DNA of 64,000 nt from Escherichia coli (GTDB lineage: Bacteria; Pseudomonadota; Gammaproteobacteria; Enterobacterales; Enterobacteriaceae), in assembly GCF_003334355.1 (NCBI RefSeq), contig NZ_QOWP01000005.1, one strand, 5' to 3'. A program made the translations under genes and the position numbers. The notes below the pieces were generated by a model. The model saw only the letters and a list, made by a program, of their open reading frames with translations, did not search any database and was not told the origin of the DNA. Positions 35,267-48,674 of the stretch are shown in pieces. Within the stretch, counting starts at the first letter, position 1. Every line of letters begins with the position of its first letter.

Positions 35267-36070
35267 ATGCATCCGATGCTGAACATCGCCGTGCGCGCAG
35301 CGCGCAAGGCGGGTAATTTAATTGCCAAAAACTATGAAACCCCGGACGCTGTAGAAGCGAGCCAGAAAGGCAGTAACGATTTCGTGACCAACGTAGATAA
35401 AGCTGCCGAAGCGGTGATTATCGACACGATTCGTAAATCTTACCCACAGCACACCATCATCACCGAAGAAAGCGGTGAACTTGAAGGTACTGATCAGGAT
35501 GTTCAATGGGTTATTGATCCACTGGATGGCACTACCAACTTTATCAAACGTCTGCCGCACTTCGCGGTATCTATCGCTGTTCGTATCAAAGGCCGCACCG
35601 AAGTTGCTGTGGTATACGATCCTATGCGTAACGAATTGTTCACCGCCACTCGCGGTCAGGGCGCACAGCTGAACGGCTACCGTCTGCGCGGCAGCACCGC
35701 TCGCGATCTCGACGGTACTATTCTGGCGACCGGCTTCCCGTTCAAAGCAAAACAGTATGCCACTACCTACATCAACATCGTCGGCAAACTGTTCAACGAA
35801 TGTGCAGACTTCCGTCGTACCGGTTCTGCGGCGCTGGATCTGGCTTACGTCGCTGCGGGTCGTGTTGACGGTTTCTTTGAAATCGGTCTGCGCCCGTGGG
35901 ACTTCGCTGCAGGCGAGCTGCTGGTTCGTGAAGCGGGCGGCATCGTCAGCGACTTCACCGGTGGTCATAACTATATGCTGACCGGTAACATCGTTGCTGG
36001 TAACCCGCGCGTTGTTAAAGCCATGCTGGCGAACATGCGTGACGAGTTAAGCGACGCTCTGAAGCGTTAA
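35267..36070 (+). CDS. suhB: inositol monophosphatase family protein SuhB
   Basis: ORF track 267 aa; IMPase motifs DPLDGT and WDFAAG. Confidence 0.95.
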   Translation: MHPMLNIAVRAARKAGNLIAKNYETPDAVEASQKGSNDFVTNVDKAAEAVIIDTIRKSYPQHTIITEESGELEGTDQDVQWVIDPLDGTTNFIKRLPHFAVSIAVRIKGRTEVAVVYDPMRNELFTATRGQGAQLNGYRLRGSTARDLDGTILATGFPFKAKQYATTYINIVGKLFNECADFRRTGSAALDLAYVAAGRVDGFFEIGLRPWDFAAGELLVREAGGIVSDFTGGHNYMLTGNIVAGNPRVVKAMLANMRDELSDALKR

Positions 36071-36214
36071 TGACTCAGGCGGGTGATATCACTCACCCGC
36101 CCTCGCCTTTCAGGCGCTATTCCGAAATACTTCCTCACTGCTTTACTTTCTTTCGTCACTCTCCCACCATCTTTCCCCGATTAATGGATGATAAAGAAGT
36201 CGCAAGGAAAGGTT

Positions 36215-37069
36215 ATGGCACTGCCAGTGAACAAACGCGTTCTCAAAATTCTGTTTATTCTCTTTGTTGTTGCCTTCTGCGTTTATTTAGTGCCGCGCGT
36301 TGCCATCAACTTCTTCTATTATCCCGACGATAAAATTTACGGTCCCGATCCCTGGTCGGCGGAATCCGTCGAATTTACGGCTAAGGACGGTACTCGTCTG
36401 CAAGGCTGGTTTATCCCTTCTTCGACGGGCCCTGCTGACAACGCCATCGCAACCATCATTCATGCTCACGGCAATGCCGGAAATATGTCCGCCCACTGGC
36501 CGCTGGTCAGTTGGTTACCCGAGCGTAATTTCAACGTTTTTATGTTTGATTATCGCGGGTTTGGTAAATCAAAAGGCACGCCGTCCCAGGCCGGATTGCT
36601 GGACGATACGCAAAGCGCCATCAATGTGGTGCGCCATCGCAGTGATGTAAACCCACAACGGCTGGTGCTGTTCGGGCAGAGTATTGGCGGGGCGAATATT
36701 CTTGCTGTTATTGGTCAGGGTGATCGTGAAGGCATACGTGCGGTGATCCTCGACTCCACATTTGCCTCTTATGCAACCATCGCCAACCAGATGATCCCCG
36801 GCAGTGGCTACTTACTTGATGAGAGTTACAGCGGCGAAAATTACATCGCCAGCGTCAGCCCGATCCCGCTTTTACTCATTCACGGTAAAGCCGATCAGGT
36901 TATCCCATGGCAGCACAGCGAAAAGTTGTATAGCCTGGCAAAAGAGCCAAAACGGTTGATCCTAATCCCGGATGGCGAACACATTGATGCTTTTTCCGAT
37001 CGTCACGGCGATGTTTATCGCGAACAGATGGTGGACTTTATCCTTAGCGCGTTGAATCCGCAGAACTAA
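36215..37069 (+). CDS. yfhR: alpha/beta-hydrolase family protein YfhR
   Basis: ORF track frame; ATG at 36215 preceded by AAGGAAAGG (284 aa); ORF-track start 36188 lacks an SD; N-terminal TM segment; GQSIGG nucleophile elbow. Confidence 0.85.
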   Translation: MALPVNKRVLKILFILFVVAFCVYLVPRVAINFFYYPDDKIYGPDPWSAESVEFTAKDGTRLQGWFIPSSTGPADNAIATIIHAHGNAGNMSAHWPLVSWLPERNFNVFMFDYRGFGKSKGTPSQAGLLDDTQSAINVVRHRSDVNPQRLVLFGQSIGGANILAVIGQGDREGIRAVILDSTFASYATIANQMIPGSGYLLDESYSGENYIASVSPIPLLLIHGKADQVIPWQHSEKLYSLAKEPKRLILIPDGEHIDAFSDRHGDVYREQMVDFILSALNPQN

Positions 37070-37259
37070 CCCATGATCGCTAGCACGATAATCATTCACA
37101 AAACCACCTTAAGACATGCTAATCCACTGGTCAGAACAGTTTAAGATGAGAAAAATTCTGTGACGCTTGCCAACATTTCTGATGATTAGCATTCCCTTCG
37201 TCATTTCCCTGAGCAAACTTTAGCTATTCTTATCAATTATGCTTATGGGAGATCTACAG

Positions 37260-38540
37260 ATGATGCCTACGCTTGCTCCACCATCTGTCCTTTCGGCTCC
37301 CCAGCGCCGCTGCCAGATCTTGCTGACGCTCTTTCAGCCGGGGTTGACCGCCACCATGGCAACCTTCAGCGAGCTTAATGGTGTGGATGATGATATTGCC
37401 AGTCTTGATATCAGCGAAACAGGACGGGAGATCCTGCGCTATCATCAACTCACACTGACGACTGGTTATGACGGTAGCTACCGGGTTGAAGGTACAGTGC
37501 TTAACCAACGTTTGTGTTTATTTCACTGGCTACGACGTGGTTTCCGTCTGTGTCCGTCATTTATTACCAGCCAATTCACCCCCGCCCTGAAGAGTGAATT
37601 GAAGCGGCGCGGAATTGCGCGTAACTTTTACGACGATACCAATCTACAAGCGTTAGTGAATCTCTGCTCCCGACGGCTGCAAAAACGCTTTGAATCGCGC
37701 GATATTCATTTCCTGTGTCTGTATCTGCAATATTGTTTGCTGCAGCACCACGCTGGAATGACGCCTCAGTTTAATCCGCTCCAACGTCGCTGGGCGGAAT
37801 CCTGCCTTGAATTTCAGGTAGCGCAGGAAATTGGACGCCACTGGCAGCGTCGGGCGCTCCAGCCTGTACCGCCTGATGAGCCACTGTTTATGGCACTACT
37901 TTTTTCCATGTTGCGGGTTCCCGATCCACTGCGGGATGCGCATCAGCGAGACAGACAATTGCGTCAGTCTATCAAACGTCTGGTAAACCATTTTCGTGAG
38001 CTGGGAAATGTTCGTTTTTATGATGAACAGGGGTTATGTGATCAGCTTTATACCCACCTCGCCCAGGCGTTAAATCGCAGTTTGTTTGCCATCGGTATTG
38101 ATAATACCCTGCCGGAAGAGTTCGCCAGACTGTACCCACGCCTGGTGCGCACCACCCGCGCGGCGCTGGCCGGATTTGAAAGTGAATACGGCGTCCATCT
38201 TTCTGATGAGGAAAGTGGTCTGGTCGCGGTGATTTTCGGTGCCTGGCTAATGCAGGAAAACGATCTGCATGAAAAACAGATTATTCTACTGACCGGGAAT
38301 GATAGCGAGCGAGAAGCGCAGATTGAGCAGCAGTTACGCGAACTAACGTTACTGCCGCTCAACATTAAGCATATGTCGGTAAAGGCATTTTTGCAGACAG
38401 GCGCTCCGCGTGGCGCGGCACTGATTATTGCGCCTTATACCATGCCATTACCGCTCTTTTCACCACCGCTGATCTATACGGACCTGACGCTGACAACACA
38501 TCAACAGGAGCAGATCCGCAAAATGCTCGAATCAGCATGA
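37260..38540 (+). CDS. csiE: stationary-phase inducible protein CsiE
   Basis: ORF track frame; start at MMPTLAPPSVLSAPQRR (426 aa). Confidence 0.88.
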   Translation: MMPTLAPPSVLSAPQRRCQILLTLFQPGLTATMATFSELNGVDDDIASLDISETGREILRYHQLTLTTGYDGSYRVEGTVLNQRLCLFHWLRRGFRLCPSFITSQFTPALKSELKRRGIARNFYDDTNLQALVNLCSRRLQKRFESRDIHFLCLYLQYCLLQHHAGMTPQFNPLQRRWAESCLEFQVAQEIGRHWQRRALQPVPPDEPLFMALLFSMLRVPDPLRDAHQRDRQLRQSIKRLVNHFRELGNVRFYDEQGLCDQLYTHLAQALNRSLFAIGIDNTLPEEFARLYPRLVRTTRAALAGFESEYGVHLSDEESGLVAVIFGAWLMQENDLHEKQIILLTGNDSEREAQIEQQLRELTLLPLNIKHMSVKAFLQTGAPRGAALIIAPYTMPLPLFSPPLIYTDLTLTTHQQEQIRKMLESA

Positions 38541-39671
38541 GGGAACAACTTTCGGGCGCAAAAACATTGCCGGCAGCGCCACCAGCGCCATTACCCAGAA
38601 CACGCCGTGGCCCAGATATTGATACAGGAAACCGGCGAAAACGGTCATGATAGCGATACTGCCGCCCATCGCGACGGCAGAGTAAACCGCCTGTAAACGG
38701 ATGACTTCGCTACCCTGGCGAGCAGCAATATAACGCATGGCGGCCAGGTGGCAGACCGTGAAGGTGCCGCAATGCAGAATTTGCACCACTATCAACCACG
38801 GCAACGCCGTAGTTGCTCCCATAATGCCCCAGCGCACTACGCCGCAAATCGCCGAGATCAACAGCATATCGCGTGCACTACAACGGCGGAAAAGTTTATT
38901 ACTCAGCGCAAAGATAATGACTTCCGCCACCACGCCCAGCGACCACAAATACCCCACCGCCGAGGCCGAGTAGCCAGCTGCCTGCCAGTAAATGGCGCTA
39001 AAACCGTAATAGGCCGCATGTGCCCCCTGCAATAAACAAACGCAGGCCAGAAAGCGCCAGTTCTGGCGAACCAGCGCCAACCACGCTGACCAACCGGTGC
39101 TCTCCTGCTGGCGGCTTGCCCCTTGTGGCTGAATCGTCGGACGGATGAGAAAGCCGAGCAGCATGGATGCCACGCCCAACGTCAACAGCGCGAGGATCAC
39201 CCGATAATCAAACATAGTGACCAGTTTGCCCGTCAGCGCCGAGCCAATGACAAACGCCACCGAGCCCCACAGTCGCACTTTGCCGTAATCAAGCGGGAAC
39301 TGCTTTTGCCACGTATTCGCCAGTGCATCGGTCAACGGTACCAGCGGTGAGAAAAAGAGGTTAAAGCCAATCATCACCAGCATCAGCCACGCTACGTGCG
39401 CCCCCGCCCAGAAGGCGACAGCAAAGAGAAGTGTCAGCAGTGCCAGCACGCGCAAGGCGAAAATCAGGCGGGAAGGATCGCTGACGCGGGGCGCGATGAG
39501 CAAACTCCCGAGAAAACGGGCAACCAGACCTGCCCCCAATAACAGGCCGATGGTTTCTGGCGTTAAACCAATCCCTTTAAGCCAGACGCTCCAGAAAGGT
39601 AGAAAAATGCCGTAACTAAAAAAGTATGTGAAATAGCCGAGCGCCAACCAGCGCGTGGATTGCAAAACCAT
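38532..39671 (-). CDS. hcaT: MFS transporter HcaT (probable 3-phenylpropionate uptake)
   Basis: ORF track 379 aa, polytopic membrane protein; 9-bp convergent overlap with csiE. Confidence 0.9.
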   Translation of the reverse strand: MVLQSTRWLALGYFTYFFSYGIFLPFWSVWLKGIGLTPETIGLLLGAGLVARFLGSLLIAPRVSDPSRLIFALRVLALLTLLFAVAFWAGAHVAWLMLVMIGFNLFFSPLVPLTDALANTWQKQFPLDYGKVRLWGSVAFVIGSALTGKLVTMFDYRVILALLTLGVASMLLGFLIRPTIQPQGASRQQESTGWSAWLALVRQNWRFLACVCLLQGAHAAYYGFSAIYWQAAGYSASAVGYLWSLGVVAEVIIFALSNKLFRRCSARDMLLISAICGVVRWGIMGATTALPWLIVVQILHCGTFTVCHLAAMRYIAARQGSEVIRLQAVYSAVAMGGSIAIMTVFAGFLYQYLGHGVFWVMALVALPAMFLRPKVVPSC

Positions 39672-39830
39672 GAGTCCCTCCCGTCAGGAGGCGTTAGTCT
39701 GGGGTTAATCGAATGTTGGTGCAAGTTGAAAAATAAGAATATTCGAGCCTGCTTCCCGATGTCTGTAACGCCAGTTCACAAGCACTAAAAAACTGAGATC
39801 CGCGACGCATGTTGCAAAAATAATGCGTAA

Positions 39831-40721
39831 TTATGCCGTTACGCTTGCCAAACGTTCCTGCACAATGGCGATGAAATCGCGTAATGCCGGCTTCATCTCC
39901 CCTTTCTTCCACGCCATCAGTAAAGCAATGGAAGGCACATTTCCGGCAATGGGACGAAAAACAACCTGCCCGGTATTAAAATTATTCATATAACCGGGTA
40001 TCAAAGTGACGCCCAGCCCCATGCCCACCAGATTCATGGTCACCAGAATATTCGTTGCCACCTGGACGATATTTGGCTGGCTGTTTTCTTGCGCAAACCA
40101 CGCTTTAACGATCGGCGCAAGCGAACCGGAATACGCCGGATCGGTACTGACGAAATTCACGCCATCCAGTTGCGCGGCGGTGATCTCTTTTTCATGTGCT
40201 AAAGGGTGATCAACCGGTAACACCACCACTAATGGTTCGTCAAAAAGCTCCAGATAATCAATCTCCGGGCTATAAACAGGATGGCGCATTAAGCCGACGT
40301 CGAGTTCACCACGGCGAATTTTTTCCTCCTGTTGCGTGGTGATTAAACTCACCAGCTCAATCAAGGTGTCTGGCTGTCTGAGACGAAACATCGGTAATAC
40401 TTTTGGCAATAAATTCACTTCCGCCGATGGCACAAAGCCAATGGTTAATTGTCTGTCTTCCTGAACAATTTTCCGCGCCCGTAATTTGGCATTTTCCGCT
40501 TGTTCGAGGATTGCCAGCGCGTCCTGGAGAAAACATTCTCCCGCCGCCGTCAACGCGACTTTGCGCTTATCCCTCACCAGTAACGGAACACCGACACAGT
40601 TTTCAAGATCGCGGATCTGGCTGCTTAACGAAGGCTGTGAGGTATGCAGTTTTTCCGCCGCACGGGTAAAGTTCAGTGCCTGCGCCACTGCGACGAAATA
40701 GCGTAAATGCCGTAGTTCCAT
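39831..40721 (-). CDS. hcaR: LysR-type regulator HcaR
   Basis: ORF track frame; start at MELRHLRYFVAVAQALNFTRAAE with AGGAG SD (296 aa); the 31-aa track extension is not supported. Confidence 0.92.
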   Translation of the reverse strand: MELRHLRYFVAVAQALNFTRAAEKLHTSQPSLSSQIRDLENCVGVPLLVRDKRKVALTAAGECFLQDALAILEQAENAKLRARKIVQEDRQLTIGFVPSAEVNLLPKVLPMFRLRQPDTLIELVSLITTQQEEKIRRGELDVGLMRHPVYSPEIDYLELFDEPLVVVLPVDHPLAHEKEITAAQLDGVNFVSTDPAYSGSLAPIVKAWFAQENSQPNIVQVATNILVTMNLVGMGLGVTLIPGYMNNFNTGQVVFRPIAGNVPSIALLMAWKKGEMKPALRDFIAIVQERLASVTA

Positions 40722-40820
40722 CACCTTCTCCTTGTTATCGAAAAAACGTCTCAGCTGGTAGAAATTAACTATTTCACATATTAGCAACCAACCAGCAACA
40801 TCCTTATGGCACAAAAATAG

Positions 40821-42732
<1,912 letters not shown>

Positions 42733-42733
<1 letters not shown>

Positions 42734-43053
42734 TGAATCGAATTTATGCGTGTCCCGTTGCGGATGTGCCGGAGGGTGAGGCTCTCCGGATCGATACCTC
42801 GCCCGTCATCGCCCTGTTCAACGTTGGCGGCGAGTTTTATGCCATTAACGATCGTTGCAGCCATGGTAATGCGTCAATGTCAGAAGGGTATCTGGAAGAT
42901 GACGCCACGGTGGAGTGCCCGCTACACGCCGCCAGTTTTTGCCTGAAAACGGGGAAAGCGTTATGCCTGCCCGCCACCGATCCGCTCACCACTTATCCAG
43001 TACACGTTGAAGGTGGTGACATTTTCATCGACTTACCGGAGGCGCAGCCATGA
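42733..43053 (+). CDS. hcaC: Rieske-type ferredoxin
   Basis: ORF track 106 aa; CSHG...CPLH; TGATG overlap with hcaF. Confidence 0.93.
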
Positions 43054-43862
43054 GCGATCTGCATAACGAGTCCATTTTTATTACCGGCGGCGGATCGGGA
43101 TTAGGGCTGGCGCTGGTCGAGCGATTTATCGAAGAAGGCGCGCAGGTTGCCACGCTGGAACTGTCGGCGGCAAAAGTCGCCAGTCTGCGTCAGCGATTTG
43201 GCGAACATATTCTGGCGGTGGAAGGTAACGTGACCTGTTATGCCGATTATCAACGCGCGGTCGATCAGATCCTGACTCGTTCCGGCAAGCTGGATTGTTT
43301 TATCGGCAATGCAGGCATCTGGGATCACAATGCCTCACTGGTTAATACTCCCGCAGAGACGCTCGAAACCGGCTTCCACGAGCTGTTTAACGTCAACGTA
43401 CTCGGTTACCTGCTGGGCGCAAAAGCCTGCGCTCCGGCGTTAATCGCCAGTGAAGGCAGCATGATTTTCACACTGTCAAATGCCGCCTGGTATCCTGGCG
43501 GCGGTGGCCCGCTGTACACCGCCAGTAAACATGCCGCAACCGGACTTATTCGCCAACTGGCTTATGAACTGGCACCGAAAGTGCGGGTGAATGGCGTCGG
43601 CCCGTGTGGTATGGCCAGCGACCTGCGCGGCCCACAGGCGCTCGGGCAAAGTGAAACCTCGATAATGCAGTCTCTGACGCCGGAGAAAATTGCCGCCATT
43701 TTACCGCTGCAATTTTTCCCGCAACCGGCGGATTTTACGGGGCCGTATGTGATGTTGGCATCGCGGCGCAATAATCGCGCATTAAGCGGTGTGATGATCA
43801 ACGCTGATGCGGGTTTAGCGATTCGCGGCATTCGCCACGTAGCGGCTGGGCTGGATCTTTAA
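43050..43862 (+). CDS. hcaB: cis-dihydrodiol dehydrogenase (SDR family)
   Basis: ORF track 270 aa; [11 protein letters not shown]-binding motif. Confidence 0.93.
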
Positions 43863-45074
<1,212 letters not shown>

Positions 45075-45170
45075 CCAGGATAATTAGCGAATATCTCAAT
45101 GCCTGGGGCGTGGCGAGGTGCAAGAGTGTGTATTACGTTTAAATCACATTATCTTGCAAAGGGATTGGTT

Positions 45171-45593
45171 ATGAACACACTACGTTATTTTGATTTTGGA
45201 GCTGCCCGCCCCGTTTTGTTATTAATTGCCCGTATCGCCGTGGTCTTAATTTTCATTATTTTTGGTTTTCCCAAAATGATGGGCTTTGACGGTACGGTCC
45301 AATATATGGCCTCGTTGGGCGCGCCAATGCCGATGCTGGCAGCGATTATTGCGGTAGTTATGGAAGTGCCCGCCGCGATATTAATCGTGCTTGGCTTTTT
45401 CACCCGTCCGCTGGCGGTGCTGTTTATTTTCTACACGCTGGGTACGGCGGTGATTGGTCACCATTACTGGGATATGACCGGCGATGCGGTTGGGCCAAAT
45501 ATGATTAATTTCTGGAAGAATGTCAGTATCGCTGGCGCGTTCTTGCTATTGGCAATTACCGGGCCGGGGGCAATTTCTCTCGATCGGCGTTAG
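45171..45593 (+). CDS. yphA: DoxX-family inner-membrane protein YphA
   Basis: ORF track frame; ATG 45171 ([26 protein letters not shown]..., 140 aa). Confidence 0.85.
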
Positions 45594-45597
45594 GAAA

Positions 45598-45632
45598 GAT
45601 GCCGGATGCGGCGTGAACGCCTTATCCGGCAT
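45598..45632. repeat. single REP element
   Basis: GATGCCGGATGCGGCGTGAACGCCTTATCCGGCAT between convergent yphA and yphB. Confidence 0.85.
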
Positions 45633-45640
45633 TTAATAAA

Positions 45641-46513
45641 TTACAGCCACTCTACCCGCAACGACATCTCTGAAGTTGTTGATTCCCCTGGTGCTAGCGC
45701 AATGAGATCACCCCCTTCCGGGCGATGATGATCATCCGGCGCATGGCTCATCGGTTCCAGACAGAAGAAATCAAACGCATATCCTTTATCAAACGCAGGG
45801 TCGGAAACAAAGATGAAATAACACGGTGCAGGTGGCGTCGTTTCCATGATGATGGCATAACCTTCCTGCGGCTGCTCGATGCGGGCCTGACCATTCCATC
45901 CGGCAAAACCATTGTTCACCCACTGGCGCGGCAACGGCGCGGGCTGGTTAAAATCCAGTTCCTGCGGTAGCTGCTCGCAAAACTCACCCGCCAGCCACTG
46001 CTCCCGCTCCAGCCAGTAACCGCTCGCCTGTGCCTGAATCCGCGTTTGCGGCGACAACGGAAAATAAGGATGCCAGCCGGTACCAAATGGCAGCGTCTCT
46101 GCCCCTTGATTGGTGACAGAGAGCGTCACCGTCAGCGTATCCGCCGTTAAATGAAACGCCTGACTTACCCGATAGTGATAGACACCGCTGCGATGTTCAT
46201 ACACCAGACACAAACTATCATCGCTGTGCGAGACACATTGCCACTCGCCCAGCCAGCCATCGCCGTGTAGATAGTGCGCATCCCACTCAACATTCGGTTG
46301 CAGTTGATACTCACGCCCCTGCCAGACAAAACGATTGCCGCTCACCCGGTTTGCAAATGGCACCAGCGGAAAACATGAGGCATCGGTTGCCACACCGCTT
46401 TTTTTACCAGGACGTAAGAGCGGCGTCGTATCGCGCCAGAAGCCTTCGATTACGCCGCCCTGGTCAGAAACGTCCAGCTTTAGCGACCCGTGGGATAAGG
46501 TATAGATGGTCAT
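45641..46513 (-). CDS. yphB: aldose 1-epimerase-family protein YphB
   Basis: ORF track 290 aa. Confidence 0.88.
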   Translation of the reverse strand: MTIYTLSHGSLKLDVSDQGGVIEGFWRDTTPLLRPGKKSGVATDASCFPLVPFANRVSGNRFVWQGREYQLQPNVEWDAHYLHGDGWLGEWQCVSHSDDSLCLVYEHRSGVYHYRVSQAFHLTADTLTVTLSVTNQGAETLPFGTGWHPYFPLSPQTRIQAQASGYWLEREQWLAGEFCEQLPQELDFNQPAPLPRQWVNNGFAGWNGQARIEQPQEGYAIIMETTPPAPCYFIFVSDPAFDKGYAFDFFCLEPMSHAPDDHHRPEGGDLIALAPGESTTSEMSLRVEWL

Positions 46514-46524
46514 CCGCTAACTCC

Positions 46525-47586
46525 TTAATCCGGGAAGTTAATCACAACTTTCCCGCATTTGCCGCTCGCCATCAGCGCATAGGCATCACCTGCCTGTTCC
46601 AGCGAGAAGCGATGGGTAATGGCGTTACGCGGCCACAGCTTCCAGTCCGTCAGATCATGGGCGCATTTTTCCATATGGAACAGACTGGTCACCCAGGAGC
46701 CGATAATCCGCCGTTGATGGTGCATCAGATCGGCGCTGACCTCGAATTCCACTTCTCCGGTTTCACCAATGTAAACCACCCGTCCCCAGTCAGCGGTGGA
46801 TTGCAGTGCCAGCAAGCGACCTGCGGCATTACCGGAACAATCGAGCGCAACATCCGCGCCACCGTGGGTGAGTTCGGCGATAATCTGCGGCAGACCTTCG
46901 GTGGTTGCTAAATAGCCGTGATCCATCACCCCTAACTGTTTTGCCATCGCCAGACGTTCCGGCAGCATATCAACGCCGATGATCCGTTTTGCACCGCGAC
47001 CTTTCGCCAGCATCATCGCCATCATGCCGACCGGCCCCAGACCGACCACCAGCACGTTATCGCTGCCGGAAACTTCGCCGCGCAAAATCCCTTCATAGGC
47101 CGTGCCAACGCCGCAACTGATAAACGCACCATCTTCGTAGCTCAGCGCATCCGGCAGGAGGATCAGATCTTTTTCTTCCGCCAGCAGATATTCGGCATGA
47201 CCGCCGTCACGCTGCCAGCCGTAAGCCGCTTTTCCTTTGCCAGTACAAGAGATAGGAAAGCCGCGGCGGCAGTTCGGGCAAAAACCACAGCCAGAAATGT
47301 GATACACCAGCACGCGGTCGCCCTCTTTAAAATGGCGGCAGCCTTGCCCCATCGCCACAATCTGCCCGCACGGTTCATGACCGTTGATAAATCCTTGGTA
47401 TAACGGTTTGTCGGGTGCCGCTGCCGTAGCGCGGTGCTGGTGGTAGATATAGTGGACATCGCTTCCGCAAATTCCGGAAGATTTCATTTTGATCAGTACC
47501 TGGTTAATCCCTGGTGTCGGCACCGCAACTTCCCGTAGATCGACGGTCGAATTTCCTGGTAAATAAGCTGCCAGCATCGTTTTCAT
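46525..47586 (-). CDS. yphC: Zn-dependent alcohol/polyol dehydrogenase-family protein YphC
   Basis: ORF track frame; start at MKTMLAAYLPG (353 aa); GHEPCG Zn-site and GLGPVG NAD-site motifs. Confidence 0.88.
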   Translation of the reverse strand: MKTMLAAYLPGNSTVDLREVAVPTPGINQVLIKMKSSGICGSDVHYIYHQHRATAAAPDKPLYQGFINGHEPCGQIVAMGQGCRHFKEGDRVLVYHISGCGFCPNCRRGFPISCTGKGKAAYGWQRDGGHAEYLLAEEKDLILLPDALSYEDGAFISCGVGTAYEGILRGEVSGSDNVLVVGLGPVGMMAMMLAKGRGAKRIIGVDMLPERLAMAKQLGVMDHGYLATTEGLPQIIAELTHGGADVALDCSGNAAGRLLALQSTADWGRVVYIGETGEVEFEVSADLMHHQRRIIGSWVTSLFHMEKCAHDLTDWKLWPRNAITHRFSLEQAGDAYALMASGKCGKVVINFPD

Positions 47587-47651
47587 AAATCCCTCATTAA
47601 CAATACGATTAATTTTCATCCCTGCCGCACCCGCGCCAGGGGCGTTAAGGT

Positions 47652-48650
47652 TTAGCGTTTCGCTTTACTGCTTCGCTGGGTCAGCAAGATATTCGCCAGC
47701 ACCGCCACCACGATGATGACGCCGCGTACCACCTGCTGGAAAAAGGAGTTAATACCGAGCAGCACCAGACCGTTACCGATTAGCGTAATCACCAGCACAC
47801 CAAGCAATGTACCGAACAGGGAACCGCGACCGCCGGAAAGTGCCGTACCGCCGACCACGACCGCGGCGATGACGTCAAACTCCAGACCGTTTGCGGCACC
47901 TGCGTTACCAGAACCGAGGCGCGCCGCCAACAAAATGCCGGTCACCGCCGCTAATAATCCCGAAAGGGTAAAGATAAGAATGCGCACCCGACGAACGTTG
48001 ATGCCGCACAACTGCGCCGCCGTAGCATTACCGCCAACGGCAAAAACCGAGCGCCCGAAGGCGGTTTTGCGGCTGATGAACACAAACAGCGCAAACAACA
48101 CAATCATGATCAGCGCGGATACCGGCACACCGAGAAATTGTCCGCCCAGCCAGTCCAGCACCTCGTTTTCGTCAATCGGCACTGGCAGGGCGTTCGTCAT
48201 AAACAGCCCCATTCAGCGCAGGGCGCTCCACAGCCCCAGTGTGGCAACGAAACTTGGTACGTTAAACACGCCGCGCAGCACCCCGGCGAGCGTTCCCATC
48301 AGCGCGCCTAACAGCAACACCAGCAGACAAGCAATCGCCAACGGAACTTCAAATTGCAGCAAAAATGCCAGGCACACCGAGACAAAAGCCACCATCGGCC
48401 CAACGCTGACATCAATCTCACCGGAGATAATAATCAGCGTCATCGCCCAGGCGGCAATCCCAATGGTGGCGGCATCGCGCAGCACGTTCATCTGGTTATT
48501 CAATGAGATAAAGCCAGGCGCGTTCAGGGAGAAGACCAGATAAAGAATGGCAATCACCACCAGCAAACCGATCTCATTAATATGGCGACTGACAAATTGT
48601 TTGAGCGAGACGCTCTTGCCCTGCGGCAATGGTAATGACGAAGCAGACAT
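47652..48650 (-). pseudogene. yphD: ABC transporter permease YphD interrupted by an in-frame TGA (codon 146); TGA immediately followed by ATG
   Basis: ORF track gives two contiguous same-frame ORFs (48213..48650, 145 aa; 47652..48212, 186 aa); 145+1+186 = 332 codons, the length expected for an intact permease; by alignment to RbsC the stop sits where a Gly is expected. Confidence 0.6.
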
Positions 48651-48674
48651 CTTCAGGTTCCTCGGTAAAATTCA

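Noticed and set aside
37159-37174. Possible CRP site TGTGACGCTTGCCAACA upstream of csiE
   Set aside because: Only the left half-site matches TGTGA; the right half is weak. Not listed as a feature without a PWM score.
48213-48215. yphD TGA read as selenocysteine or programmed read-through
   Set aside because: No SECIS-like hairpin immediately 3' of the UGA and no precedent in this permease family; a nonsense mutation or sequencing error is the simpler reading.
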